64,000 nucleotides of DNA from Epiperipatus broadwayi (lineage: Eukaryota; Animalia; Onychophora). A program made the position numbers and the translations under genes. Positions within the stretch are counted from its first letter, which is position 1; every line of letters starts with the position of its first letter. The DNA is taken from NCBI GenBank assembly GCA_028023455.1, contig JAQFVV010000008.1, forward strand, positions 16,988,001-17,052,000, in the 5' to 3' direction. Below the pieces are notes generated by a model. The model was not told where the DNA came from. It did no database searches and saw nothing but the letters and a program-made list of their open reading frames with translations. Positions 50,039 to 63,289 of this stretch are shown here, in pieces.

Positions 50039-53000
50039 CTGTAAACAAAAGTGAATACATAATAAAAAAATTCACATATTAAGAAATTAAAAATTACAAA
50101 GCTAAAAATTTGTATATAAATATATGAAAACAGTCAACATTTAAACAATACCAATATCATTAACAATCTCAATATATGTACACACACAAATGCATATTTA
50201 TGTATCAAATCCTTTTATTTTAATGTACTGGAGATGAAATAAAGAAATTCTGAATATCTATGTTAATAAGATGATTTGTAATTAAATATTACTTCATGCA
50301 TTGAATTGCAGACTTATGATTTCAGAAGAAGTGTCTGCTAATAATATTTCCAATTTATTTTTAAATAAAGTTACAAAGACTTCCCTCACTATAAAAGAAG
50401 TCTATTGAGTGGTGAGGCTTTTTAACATTTTTTAAATCCTTGTTTTATATTAAATATGAAAATAACTAGTTATCATTTATCAATCAATTGGCAATAACCA
50501 GCTGGGCTGGTTTGTGGAATGATTATCTGAAAAAAAAAAAGTAGGCTTGTTTAAATCCAGAAAAAAATTTCTAAGTTTTCAGATTGGGTTTGAATCCTGG
50601 ATCATGAGAATAGAAATTCTAATGACTACATCCAAAGTCCTTACATGTTTCATCGAATATTTAGAGGTTGCTAATCCTCTGTGAATATTAATCATGATTT
50701 CTGATTTAGTCTATACATAAATTAAAACAATAAACCAAATTCACTCTATAATTTCAAAACTACATCAAACACTATGCTTATATAATGATTAGAATTTAAA
50801 GAGAGTATGATACTATTCTCTCTTTCATTGTTTTTGATGTTACATAACTCAGTGAAAGATAGTTACTTCCATTTCAATTATAGATTTAAAAAAGTTATGA
50901 TTATATAAATGTATAAATAAAGTTGTAAAAAATACAAAGAAACTAAGTATAAATATACATTTAAAAAAATTAAGGATTTTTAATTAATTTACCAATATTA
51001 AAAGTTTCTCTCACTTTGCAAGGTTTATTAAAATGAAGTTCAAGATTGTTAATTTGATGCAGTTTTAGAAAAGAATACTGATAGTCAAGATTTAATTAAA
51101 AAAAAAAAAGCAAAGAGAAATCAGTGATTATTATGGTAGATTTTGCTTTATGAAATTTTCAAATGATGAAGTTGCCCAATTCTTTTTAAGACCATAAGTT
51201 GATCTGCTAAGAAGTTTTCCCTAAATTATATGATAAAGGATAGTATTCTACACATAACTTGCTCCTATCATTTGCATTGCCTAATGTTAAATTATTGATT
51301 TTGAGACAGTTTATGCAATTATATAAAACAAATTATATGGCAGAATGTATGAAAAAGCTATTGTTTAGATAGTGAATGGAAAAAATCAATTTAAACAGTT
51401 CTTAGAAAAAATTGCTAAATCTATCTATGACTTTTTGTAAAATATGAAGATATAAAATTGAAAGGACATCAATATCTCTTTAGCTCCTTCACAAGACAAT
51501 GCAAATATAAACAAAAATCATTGAACTGTAAGCCATGCTGGATAATGCTAAAATTCTATAGCTAGTAATTTGGTTCAAATTTATTAAACTATTGAATGTA
51601 TAGGGTGAATTTTCTCCAAAATACTAATTTAAAAAACCAATAATGTTTATAGCTTAAATTACCAAATAAATACTTCTAATTTAGTGTTAAGTCTATACAG
51701 ACATATTAACTAATTATTTAGCTTTGGGGTTCAGTATCTTAGCAGTTTTGTATTTTCAAATCATCGGTTTTGAATAGTGAGAAAAGAATAAAAAATAACT
51801 TCAAGGTGGAAGGAAATAGTGGAAACCTAATGTATTTTATCAGAAAGAGAAAGTTAGCAAATAAATAAATAAATGATTTGTTGATCCAAAGTTCACAAAA
51901 AGTTTGAGCCAAAAATAATAGAATTCATGTGTCTTGAGCTCTAAGTCTGTCACTTTATCACTGCAGTGCAAGTAGACTGGAAGAAATAAGTGATAAGTAA
52001 CAAAAAAAATTCTAATCATTTGTAAAGATTTAATAAAGCTTAAGTTGTATTAATCCATCATTCTTTTATGACAAATTCATAATTGTCAAGCCATCACTAA
52101 AAATATGATGATTTGAGACATTTTCCTATATTTTTTCTAAACCTTACTTCTGGATTATCACTACTTAATACTGTTAATCTAGCAAAAATTTAAAAAAAAA
52201 ACCATTACTGTAGATTTTCCTCATATTAAAAACATTGCTACAAGAATATGCCATCTTGATAATTTTCTTATCAAATGTTTTTGCCAATAACAACAATAGA
52301 AAATTTACTGACCCTTTGATACTTTAGATGCCAAAATTTTTTTAAACAGCAAAACATTTTGCAGGAATTTTCTAAAAAAAAGATTTTAGAGGGACCCTGT
52401 TTGCTAATGTTATTATTCTTAATATATTGATTTTTTTTTTTTTTGTACATGATTCTGAAATTTTATCAGAAAAAAGTGACCAAAAATCTGCAGTTTATTT
52501 TCTACTATCAAATTAATTTCTGACAATTACATTCAAGATATTCTATGAATTTCAATGTAAAATGCAGAAATTAATTACAGTTGCTTTCTTCCAATGCAAT
52601 TTGAAATAATGCTTAACTGTTACAATTATCATCATCTTCACTAAAATCTTATTGTACTATTGCTAATTAGTGTAAATATTAGAAATAAAAATTTAATAAA
52701 TATGCAGTAGAAAAAAGCAAGGCAAAATAAGAGACAATGATGATTAAAAATAAGACATAAACCCTGTTTATAAAAGACTTTGAACAAAAAAAAAGGAAAT
52801 AGTATAATATAAAAAAATATATTCAATAGATAAATTTTAGACTTAATTATGACACTCTAAATTTATCAAAATTTGTATTTAGAGTCAAAAATGTTCCCAT
52901 CTTTTTTTAAATGATATCAAGAGACAAATAAATATTCTATTTTTTTAAAAAAACTAGAAAACCTCGGCTAAACATGTTTTAATCCATTGTCTTTGGGTTA

Positions 53001-53204
53001 ATATCATTTACATATATTGCCTTCACTTATATTATTCATAATGCAGAAAGTTCTTACCATATTCAACCATGAGACATAAACCTCAATCCAAGAATAATAC
53101 TGGTATCATACATTACATAAAGCTTATAATAAATAGACATACCAGTTACAGAGGATAAAAACCTAGAAAATCTAATCATAACAGTCTTATATATCTAAAT
53201 TAGA

Positions 53205-53467
53205 AATATAGGGGGTTTGAACTCAGACAAACACCCTTCAACTACCTACACTATCTCATACCACTGATACACATGACCACACACATCCCTTCAACTGTTC
53301 ACAATATCTCATACTACTGATACACATGATCACATGTGTGTGGTCATGTGTATCAGTGGTATGAGATAGTGTAGATAGTTGAAGGGTGCTTGAAAGTCTG
53401 AGTTCAAATCCCCTATATTTACAATTAAGCTTCAGGTATATGAAGAATGCCTGTATTTCAAATATTT
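53205..53467 (+). mobile_element. Short copy of the 28-kb retrozyme-like family with two inverted segments
   Basis: It matches GTGTATCAGT...AAGTCTGAGTTCAAATCCCCTATATTTACAATTAAG and has a 13-bp TSD TATCTAAATTAGA (53192-53204 and 53468-53480). The ribozyme is not included. Confidence 0.85.
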
Positions 53468-53641
53468 TATCTAAATTAGATAATTACAACTTTATATGCT
53501 CCAAAATAATAATATTGAATCAATTAGTGCAAAATAATCATTTTGTGCAAGTGTAATCTCATAAATGCTGATGTTAAAATAATATATTTGTGTTGATATC
53601 CACATGCACTTATATATAAATGCTGTTTTATCTTTACATAT

Positions 53642-55671
53642 TATAACGATCGAAATGAAAGTGAAGATCGAATCTAACCGCAAACTACGATATCTGCTCT
53701 ACAAGGTGCCATCTAGGCATTTAAACCTAGAAAAATTTATAGAGTAGGCAGATACGCGCTGTTAAGATTCCACTTTATTTAAATATTCAGATCGTTAGCC
53801 CAAGTCACTAGCTCAGAGGAGTAGCAGAGATAATAAAATATAAATTTTATATCTTAAATATAAAAGAATAAAAGCCACTGCCAGAAATTAACACATAAAA
53901 ATATTTATTTACACACATATAAAATAACATTTAAATTTTGAGGAATAAATTCAACATTTTAGATTTTTCTATTAATCTTTTGGTTTACATTTAAGTAAAT
54001 TACAACCATGAGTTTAATATTTATTTAGTGAGTCGATTATGAATAGACTACATAGATCTGCATTTGAAAAGAAAATATTCTTCCCTGATTTAACCTTAGG
54101 CAACAAATTTCGCAATCAAACCGGCGCCAATCCATCTGATACATTTATGTATTCAATGTAGCATGAAAATACGACAACACAAAATACTATACTGTCAGGA
54201 ATGTACATCTGATCAGTAAGTAGAATTAGAGAAGACATTGTCTCTCCACCAACAGGAATGTCACATCTGTTGGCAAGTAGAACAATAAACATAAAACTCC
54301 ATAGGAATGGACTGCGGTCCTTTGCCGTCTTACAAACCCATCCATAGGCAAACAGAAGGTGTGTGGCGTATATATATATATATAATCCTGCCCGTAGCGG
54401 ATCTCATACTATATCTACAATTACACAAATATATCCAATCCATTGAACCAATTCAACTACGAAATGAATAACCTAAGATTACCCTCCCTTAATATAACTT
54501 TACAAACTATATAGCCATTCACGCCCGACTTAAATTTAACATTTAAATAAGTTCGCACAGATTATTTTTATAAATTTGTTTTTAAAATGTTGAGTATAGA
54601 TTGGCTGCCCAGATTCCACGGTCAAAAACATCCAAATTAAACCCAATCGATCAAAATACAAAATCATCGATAACGTCAATTGCAAAAGGGAATACACAAG
54701 GCCCCATGGCATTCATCGTAAGATGCCCGCATTAACATCGTTGACCCATATATTTTAATCAAATGTGAAAACTTCAATATAATCAACCGCTAACGAATCT
54801 ATGCAATGTCTATACCCAATCTAAATTTCATCATTTAAAATTTAAACAATAAATAATTTATACAATAAGAAAAAAAAAAAATGGAAATGATTTTTATCAA
54901 TCGGAAAACATATAAAATTAAACATTATTAATTTGATTTTAAACTTAAAAAAGTCAGATAGAAGTTCATAAGCTTGAACGAAAGTTCTTAATTATTTTTA
55001 AATTTAGAGTTCATGTCAATATAGCTTACGGTAGAAGAGTCCAGGTTTCTGCTTTTAATTCCCGCGACGCCTCCATTGGAAGATAATGTTCTGGAGATGG
55101 CAATAGTTGGTTCAAGGTATCACAGTCTTTTCCTTTTTTAAATAGAGAGTGTGGTATGTGCGTCCTACCACAACTCTCAAACACACAACGCTGGAACTCC
55201 TAGAAAAAACTGTATTTCCCTTTTTATATTATCCACATGGATTCAATCAACAAAACGTCACTAATCCATCACTTTCGTTAGGGTCTGAGCCAAGGCTTAG
55301 TGCTTCCATTGGTCAAGCTAATTTCTCTTCATTTTCTTATCTATCTTTCATCAGATCATTTTCTATACAAGAGCCCAAGGCTAGCTTACTTTTCAAACAA
55401 TTTATAAACAATCATTTCCATTTACAGATTACAAGAATTAATTAATACCTGTTTTTATTTTTAAATCTTGTACTTTTTTTTATTATAAAAAAGTACGTTC
55501 AAATACTTATTTGTTTTTTAAAAAAAAAATATTTTTAAAGTTTGGCATCTGTGCGAATGTATATACGTTTAACAAACATTTTAATTTTAGCGTTTAGTTT
55601 TTTACTTTTATTTGCGAACTTTTAAGTTTTTATTTTAAATTAATGTAACGACATATTTATATATCGTTACA
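53642..55671 (-). mobile_element. LTR-derived element (solo-LTR-like, 2030 bp) containing gag/pol remnants
   Basis: Inverted termini TATAACGAT and ATCGTTACA with ATAT on both sides (53638-53641, 55672-55675). Positions 53700-53850 are homologous to 57530-57680 and 63330-63480. A KREIQFFLG RT-like remnant lies near 55200. Confidence 0.6.
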
Positions 55672-57498
55672 ATATATATATATGAAAATGTCATAATGCA
55701 TATTGCCAGCTGAAAAATAGATAGTAAATACTCAAATCATTCCCTCTGTGAATAAATATAAAAGTCTGAACTTTTCAGTTTAGCTGTTTAAAGTTCAGAC
55801 TTTATTTTATTCACAGAGGGCATTGCTCAAATATCTTAACATTGTGATGAATGATTTGAGTGCTTCATATATATATATATGTTCTGTTACAATGAATATA
55901 ATTCTTTCTAATCATTCATTGTACTATCTGTTCATTATAGTTTACATTGAAGTATATATATTTAGGAGTATTGCCATCCAGGTTCACTATCCTAAAATAA
56001 AGTTATCATCCAAAACAATAATTAAAATAGAAAAATATAATACAAAATCAAAAATAAAAATGTAAAAATACATATAAAATTCGATTTTAATAAAAACTAA
56101 TATTTAACTTTTAAAAGCACAAAATATAAATTAAACATAACCTAATAAAAAATTAATGCTTATTGATTTAGTTAATTCAGAATTTGTATTTCTTATATGG
56201 AAATTCTTTTATCCTTTATAGAATGTTTGAATTTTTGCTTTCTGTTCATAGTGACAACTAAAACCAAATTTTTAAAAACATAAACAAATTTGAACAAATA
56301 AAACTCACTTTATCTCTGCTGTCTTGTCAAAAATGTTTTTGTTCTTGATGTTAAGTTTGATATTTCTAACACCATAGTGAAAGGAAAAATCAAACTTTTA
56401 AAACATAAAAAACTTATATTAATAAAAATTCTTGTGAAAGATAAAATTCCATGATGGATTTTTCAAATAATAAATAAGTATTTCATTTCATGTATAGGTT
56501 AAATTCTATTCTTAGAAGCAAATTATACAATTTTTTTGTTGATAATTTGTGTAATGCAGGTATGTATAAATCATTTTGAGTGGGGAAAAGAAATTACTTT
56601 AGAATAAAAATATTACAAAGCTGTAAATACTGATTTTTGGGAAAATGATAAATAAATTATGAATAAAGGTAATACTTTCTATAATCAATCCTAAATTAGA
56701 CTGGAATGTTATGCTTTAATAATTTGCACTAAATAAAGATATGTCCCAAAAATCATCTTACTTTTTTAACCACTTGTTCTGTATTTTTAGAAAATTGCTA
56801 TTTTCACTTACTATTAACCACCATAAGTTACTTTAAATTATAATGCAACATGCTAATTTAATGTTTTGCCAGGTGATAATTTGATACATAGTATTACCAG
56901 TTTAAAAATGTGGTAAGATTATCAATTGCATCTATCAGTCAAAGTTCATCAGTTTTTGTGTTTTTTGCCTAAAATATGTTTTACATATATAATACAAGCT
57001 TTTTTTTTTTGTTTGTGATAGAAACATTAAGATTTTTAACTAATTCTATTTAAATATTATTATTTACTTTTTTGGGGTATATTAAAATATAATTTAATAT
57101 AATCAATCTTAAAAAACTTTTAAGATTGAAATTTAACTATTTGAAGTCTTTAAATTATGCATGTATACACTATATAAAATCATTTAAATATCTGTATTCA
57201 TACACTATCTGTAAATACAGTTATGCATTTATATATGTATATAATATTCATATAAATATGTATGCATAAATATCAATCTATGTTTATGAAAGTATAATTT
57301 TCTAAGTCAATCATCTGCTCTTTTTAGGTTGACAATCAGCACCATAAACATTTTATATATATATGAATTCATTAAATTTCAGTATTATTTTTTTACATCT
57401 ATCATTGGTAAACTCAGTCCTGAATAAATGTAATAATATATGGATAGTTTTTTAAATTTAAAATGACAAATATATCTTTTATTTCTCTCTATATATAT

Positions 57499-58317
57499 TA
57501 TAACGGTCGGGGTTGTTAGAGTCTTACTGTATCTGCCATACAGGGCACAACAAGGCTAATTGAACCTGGAAAAATTATATAGTAGGCAGATATGTAAGTT
57601 AAGATCCAATTTTATTTTAGACTGTTAGCCCCAGTCACTAGCTCGCGGAGCAGCAGCGATAAAGAAAGATAATAAATAATAAGAATAAGCTACTTGTTCA
57701 ACTGACTTCGCTCCAGTTATTACTAGCATCTGTGCGACATGAGAGGGCAAATTATGTCGGATAATCCTATTGATTCAGCCCTCTGACATATCACATGTAT
57801 TTAAAGTCCACAGTGTTGCTACTTGCTTGGGGAAAAACTGTGGGAAATTTTCATTCATACTATTTTTGTATTTCTCCTGCATGACTTGATACATAATTGT
57901 TTCTTGACACTCTGTGCCCCAAAAGGTCCTCAGAATTGCATCTTTGTATTCCTGGAAGGTTTGTGGGTAGTGGAACAAAGATTCCCATCATGCTTGAGCG
58001 TCTCCATGCAAATGATTACACGCCATTGCCAGTTGGCTAAACTCATCTATTGGGTTTACGTGGAAATATTTTTCCAAACTCCCACAAATATCTTGATTTT
58101 CAAAAACTGATTAATACTTTGTAGAGGTATTTGTTGATTTCTCCCCTCCCTGCTTTTAACTAAACTTTCACCTGACCGACTTGCTTCTTTGTTCCTCATA
58201 TTATTATCTTATCTCTGTACACTTTTTAATTCTTAAAAAAGAAGTTTTTATTTGCGAACTTTTATTTTTATGTCCAATTTTATTTATTAGAATGTAACTG
58301 CATGTGTGCCCATTACA
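57499..58317 (-). mobile_element. LTR-like unit carrying a Gypsy gag fragment
   Basis: Termini are TGTAATGG (minus start) and CCGTTATA (minus end), with ATAT and TATA flanks. Gag capsid remnant: DAQA.WESLFHYPQTFQEYKDAILRTFW. Closely similar to 63290-63990. Confidence 0.65.
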
Positions 58318-59076
58318 TATAAGTAAACTTGCTTAAAAAAAAAATATTTTACTTAGGGTTAGTAATTATGGTACACAATTAACGAAAATTTACAAAAACA
58401 TTTGGTTAGTAATTTTACAAAAAGACTATATACAAAAAAAAATGTTGACTATCATTTTCCTATGAACCATCTATGTTTACGCCTCCTCCCCCCAAGAGTT
58501 CCTTTTTCTCTACATTTAATTTTTAACACTCGGCCGACAAGCAAATTATTTATTTAAGGAGGTTGCATTGAAGTAAGTACATTTTAAGAAATGAGTTTAT
58601 ACAAGTATATTTGCAGCACAATTATATATACCACCAACTTATTTATGATTAATTGAAATTCTTAAATAGGGTTACACTGACGTAGATTCCCAAAGGACAC
58701 TCATCGTAAGGTGTCACATTTACAATCATAAACTTACGTGGCTGTGCGTGCCTATACACATTAAAGCATAATATATATTAACAAAAAAAAACTTATATTA
58801 ATTGCAACATTTTGACTTTTTCTTTTTAAAAAAAATTACAATTTAAAATTATTAATACATTTTCTTTCTTGTGTTTAATATATGTGCTAGTGCTTTTATA
58901 AGATTTAAAGTATACAACTTTATGTAATTAGATAAAATATTTCATTTTGAAAAAAAAAATGTACTCAGGGTACTCGTGGTTTATTAAACATTGGCCCACG
59001 TTGGGAGTCCAATTATAAATTTTTACACCTCACAGGTAGGTTCTTGTAGTTCTGTCAGTTCAATACTAGAGCAAAG
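58318..59076 (-). mobile_element. Non-coding LTR-element remnant: LTR piece, PBS, ~500-bp spacer and PPT
   Basis: PBS-like TGGACTCCCAACGTGGGC at 59009-58992 and PPT-like GGGGGGAGGAGG at ~58494-58483. Positions 59012-59076 are an inverted copy of the 61.2-kb repeat unit. Confidence 0.45.
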
Positions 59077-62000
59077 AAAAAAAATGGAAGAACAGCAAGA
59101 AAAAGAAGACATGGGGGACAAACAAGAAGAACCCAAAAAGGAAAATGAAGACCTGAAGTTAATGATGAAGGGCCTTTTAAGTCACGTAAAAAAAGAGATG
59201 GATAGAATACCAAAAGAACTAGAAGAATGGAGATGCAAGAAAATAGTAAAGGTACTGCCCAGCATTGGAATGCGAAGAGTGGGCCGCGTAAGCACCTCGT
59301 CGAAAAGGAAATGTCAAATTTGGTCTGTTCTTGGGAAGATAAAATACCAGAATATGCACCACAGAGTTGTCCAAAAATACCATTAGAAATTGAGGGGATT
59401 GAGGTCAAAGCAATGTTAGACTCCGAAAGCCAGATATCAGTGATATCAGAGGAATTATACCAGAGAATTTTATCGGTAAACCCCCAAATAGAGACCTTGC
59501 CTTTAAAGGCTATGCAAATCACCCTTGCAAATAATCAAAAAGCAAACCTTATAGCTAAGCAAATATAGTTAGAATTAGTTATAAGTGGGAGGACAGTTTA
59601 TCATGTATTTTTAATTATGACTAGTCTAATTCATGAGGTCATATTAGGGTCAGATTTCTTGTATAAGAACCAGTGCACCTTGAATTATGAAAAGGGAATG
59701 AGCTACCAGGGAGGTGATATTAAATTCTTGAACTCTTGCCCCCTCAGTTACCTAACTTGGGGGAAACCTGTTGTATAAATCAATCTATTTTAGACTTGAT
59801 GCAAGAAAAAACAAGGGAGGTGAAGATAGCCTCTAATCAGGACAGCCAAAGACTCAAAGGAATATTTCAAGAATACCATGCAATTTTTTTGGACAGTCCA
59901 GGGAAGATCAGAGGATACCAACAGAGGATCAAACTGAAGCCGGGGGAACCTTTTCAAGCACGGTCATACCTAGTCCTGAATCAATTTAAAAAAGTGGATA
60001 AACAGTTAGAGCAGATGTTGAATGGGGGCATAATTAGTAAATGTTCATCTCCTTATTGAAACCCTTTGGTGGTGATTAGAAAAAAAGATGGGTCGGTAAG
60101 GTTGTGCTAATGACCGGGATCTCGATAAAAGACAAGCCAAGACCCAAATGCAACGAATGAGCATTAGGCATACAAAATGGAAAGAAATCCTAAATATAGA
60201 TTCCAAATAGGGGATAAAGTCATGTTTAGGACGCCCTATATTAAGTGATCCAGGGAAGTTCAAATTTAAGAAATTTTGTAATCTATATGAAGGTCCTTGC
60301 TGCAGGGATAATGCTTTCTGGGTGAAAACAGAACAAGGACTTAAGAGCACATATAATGCTCAGTCTTTAAAACCCTATGGGAATATAGCGATTAATTCAA
60401 CAGGTATAAAAGCATTAAAAGTTAATATTAGGTAAATAATTTAGCCAAGATATTAAAAAAGAATAATTATTCTCCTTTAATGATATCAGGGAGGGAGGTA
60501 TTGTGCCAGACCATAGAATGTCCATGCACAAGATGGCTGTAGCCAACAAATTGGCACAGCTAACTTTATTGAATTCGGTGAATAAACAATGAGAGTTGGT
60601 CTATACTAGATTCCCATCTCCTCGCATACACAACTAACACTTATATATTAGTTATTTTGAAATAATAAGACATTATAAATGTATCATATTTATTGTAAAC
60701 GTTCTATACGTATAATAGCACACTATAAATGTATATTTATTGAAAACGTATATGTATAAAGATTTCTGTATATTTATTTTTCTTTTTTGATAATTTTTAA
60801 AATGTTTTTTTTTTAAAAACAAAATATATTTTTTGTGTGTGTGAAAAAATCTTCCATTTAAAAGGTGAATTTAATTAATTTTTGTCTTTCTATTTTTACT
60901 TTTTTTTGTATGTAATCAAGTAGAGTAATTTTTTTAAAATTAATTTGTAAATCAAATTACAAATATGTTTCTAAAGAATGTGGGTGTCTATTATTCCAAT
61001 ATGGAGTAATGAAATTCCTAAAAAGAAAAAAATAGGAAAGAGATTTTTGAAACATAATTTATAGAAAAATGTACTAAAAGTAAAATTTATCTGATGCAAT
61101 AGCTCGATGGGGGATGTAAGCAATTGCAACTTGTGGGCAGACAGGGATATATATAACCTACCTGTGAAGTGTAGGAAGATTAGTTTTTATTATGGGACTG
61201 AGAGCTATAAGAACCTACCTGTAAGGTGTAGGAAAAAAATTGATTAATACTGGACTGAGAGAGCTTCATGAATCTACATGTGGTGTAGGAAAATTATTTT
61301 TTATTGGACTGAGAGAGCTACAAGAACCTACCTGTGGGAAAATTATTATTAGATGTTTATTCTTTTGGCTCAATATGCTGCCGGATTGCATAGTATATAT
61401 TTTTTTAATTCAAGGAGTTTGATGCATATAATGTTTTGTTTATGGGACCTGCCGGTTATGAACAAACATAAACTTCTGTTGAATATCTTTCCTGGTGATT
61501 TGCGCAGATATTAACCAAAGCCACCAACACCCATATGATGTAGAAAATCATTTAATCATACGCAGTTCGGTGATTAAACAAAAAGAAAAAAAATATTTTT
61601 GATTACCATGACTAAAATGATAATCAAGTTTCATCTAATTGCCTGGAAAACTATGGAGTGGAAGAACCGTAACAGTACACCCGCCCGTTCAGATATATGT
61701 AATCGCCAAGATGTATGTTTTACAGACCCAGTGTATCCTAATTGAAGGACTCTACAAGGATGGCAAGGAGTTAAAGTGAATATCACCATCCTTTCTGGTA
61801 GTTTAGATGACCCACCCAGAAGTTTGAACCCAGAGAGCAAGCAGATAGAGATGAGTACAACATAAAAAAGAGAATGTTTATAATTTTTTTTTGGTTTATT
61901 GTTTGTATTATTAGAGTGGATATAACAAGTATAATTGTAATATATTTACTAACACATTATAGGATATAATCATTTTTTGTTGTATAAAATATTGTAAAAT

Positions 62001-62100
62001 AATATTGCGTATACATAAATCTCACTCAAATTCACTAAATACAAGATTATTACTTTCTTGTTCTTTTCCATCATATTACCTTTACATCTTATTTAATTTT
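59077..62100 (+). mobile_element. Internally deleted Ty3/Gypsy element (gag-PR-RT start-integrase tail, PPT, 3' LTR with uncertain right end)
   Basis: Protease VKAMLDSESQISVIS...VILGSDFL; RT start IKLKPGEPF...GIISKCSSPY.NPLVVIRKKDGSVRLC; integrase tail YEGP...YNAQSLKPY. The PPT AGGGAGGGAGG is followed by TGTGCC at 60502. Confidence 0.75.
61157..61345 (+). repeat. About 3.5 copies of a ~57-bp unit inside the LTR
   Basis: GGACTGAGAG(AG)CTA.AAGAACCTACCTGT..GGTGTAGGAAAA is repeated. Confidence 0.8.
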
Positions 62101-63266
62101 AATCATGGCGGTGTCACCCCACATGAGGTGACCTAGAGCCAGCCTATACATTTTTTTATATAAAAAAATACTATATATGTAAAATATAATTTTACGTACC
62201 TAAATGTAAAGGTGTATATAATCTTAAAAGTTTATATGAGCAAATGGGGAAAGTTCAAGGGGTTAGATCTGTGTATAACTTATTTCATTATTTTCGGGGA
62301 TTTATAAAATGAAACCGTCATTGTTTTGTGTAGGGAGAGGAGAGTATAGACCACACCCAACGGCAGCCATCTTTGACCATTTGTATTTTATGGCAAATAA
62401 GTTAACTTATGTATGTTAGAAAATGAATTTTTTTTGTTTCTGTTTGTTTTAATCTAAATGTAGATCTTGAATATAAGGAATTAAATATTCTTGTGTGATT
62501 ATGTGTAGAATAGTAAAATTGAAATAGAAAGCCGTATAATAAATTTATGATTGAATATTATAATGTTTAAATCTATATGTGGTGGAGGAGGGTTTAGTTA
62601 AATAAACGATATTATCTCATACTTTATTTGTTTATCGTATAATTTATTGTAGAATAAAAAATAAAATGCAATCACCTATTTGTAATATGTTTACCATGGC
62701 TATAAAAAGTTATAGCAATACTTACCCAAAGTACCTGAGATAGGGAATTATAATTGAGCTAGTCATTGGGATATTATATCAGGGAGTTGAATTATAATAC
62801 ACTTTTCACCCAGTTTTCCTTCATCCAAATAAAACGTATGTCCAAGAACAGAAAAGAAATTCCTCTTTACATACTCTCTCGGCAGATAGGGAAGGGAAAA
62901 TTATTTAACATTTTGCTTTCTTTTATTATGTTGGGGGTGGCACTAAGGGTTGTCAAATTAGTACAATCTTTTAAAGGTATGTGAAGAGTGAGGGAAAATG
63001 TCTATGGGCAAATAGATACATATTGGGATGGAAGTATAAATAGTTTAACAAGAGAAGATTTTGATTTTACTTGAAATTAAATTTTTTTCCTCTAATAATT
63101 ATTAAAGTAATACTCGTTTGTATTTAACCCCAGGTATTATCGAAGATTATTATCCATTTCCCATTTTAAAATGTACGTCATTTCATGCTCGTGACATACA
63201 CAGATATATACTATCATTTTTTTAAATGGATAAGGCGTATATGGGATTTCAAACCAGTACAGAAAA

Positions 63267-63287
63267 TGGTGCCCAACATGGGCACCA
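63267..63287. promoter_or_regulatory. Palindromic tRNA-Lys-type primer-binding site
   Basis: TGGTGCCCA-ACA-TGGGCACCA lies 2 bp (AT) from the LTR end at 63290. Confidence 0.6.
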
Positions 63288-63289
63288 AT

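Noticed and set aside
50500-50640. tRNA-derived SINE (GGGTTTGAATCCTGG B-box-like)
   Set aside because: No A box at a suitable distance, no TSD and no second copy.
53651-53662. IRF/ISRE-like GAAATGAAAGT upstream of the macrodomain gene
   Set aside because: It falls inside an LTR terminus, the gene TSS is unknown, and such motifs are common in AT-rich DNA.
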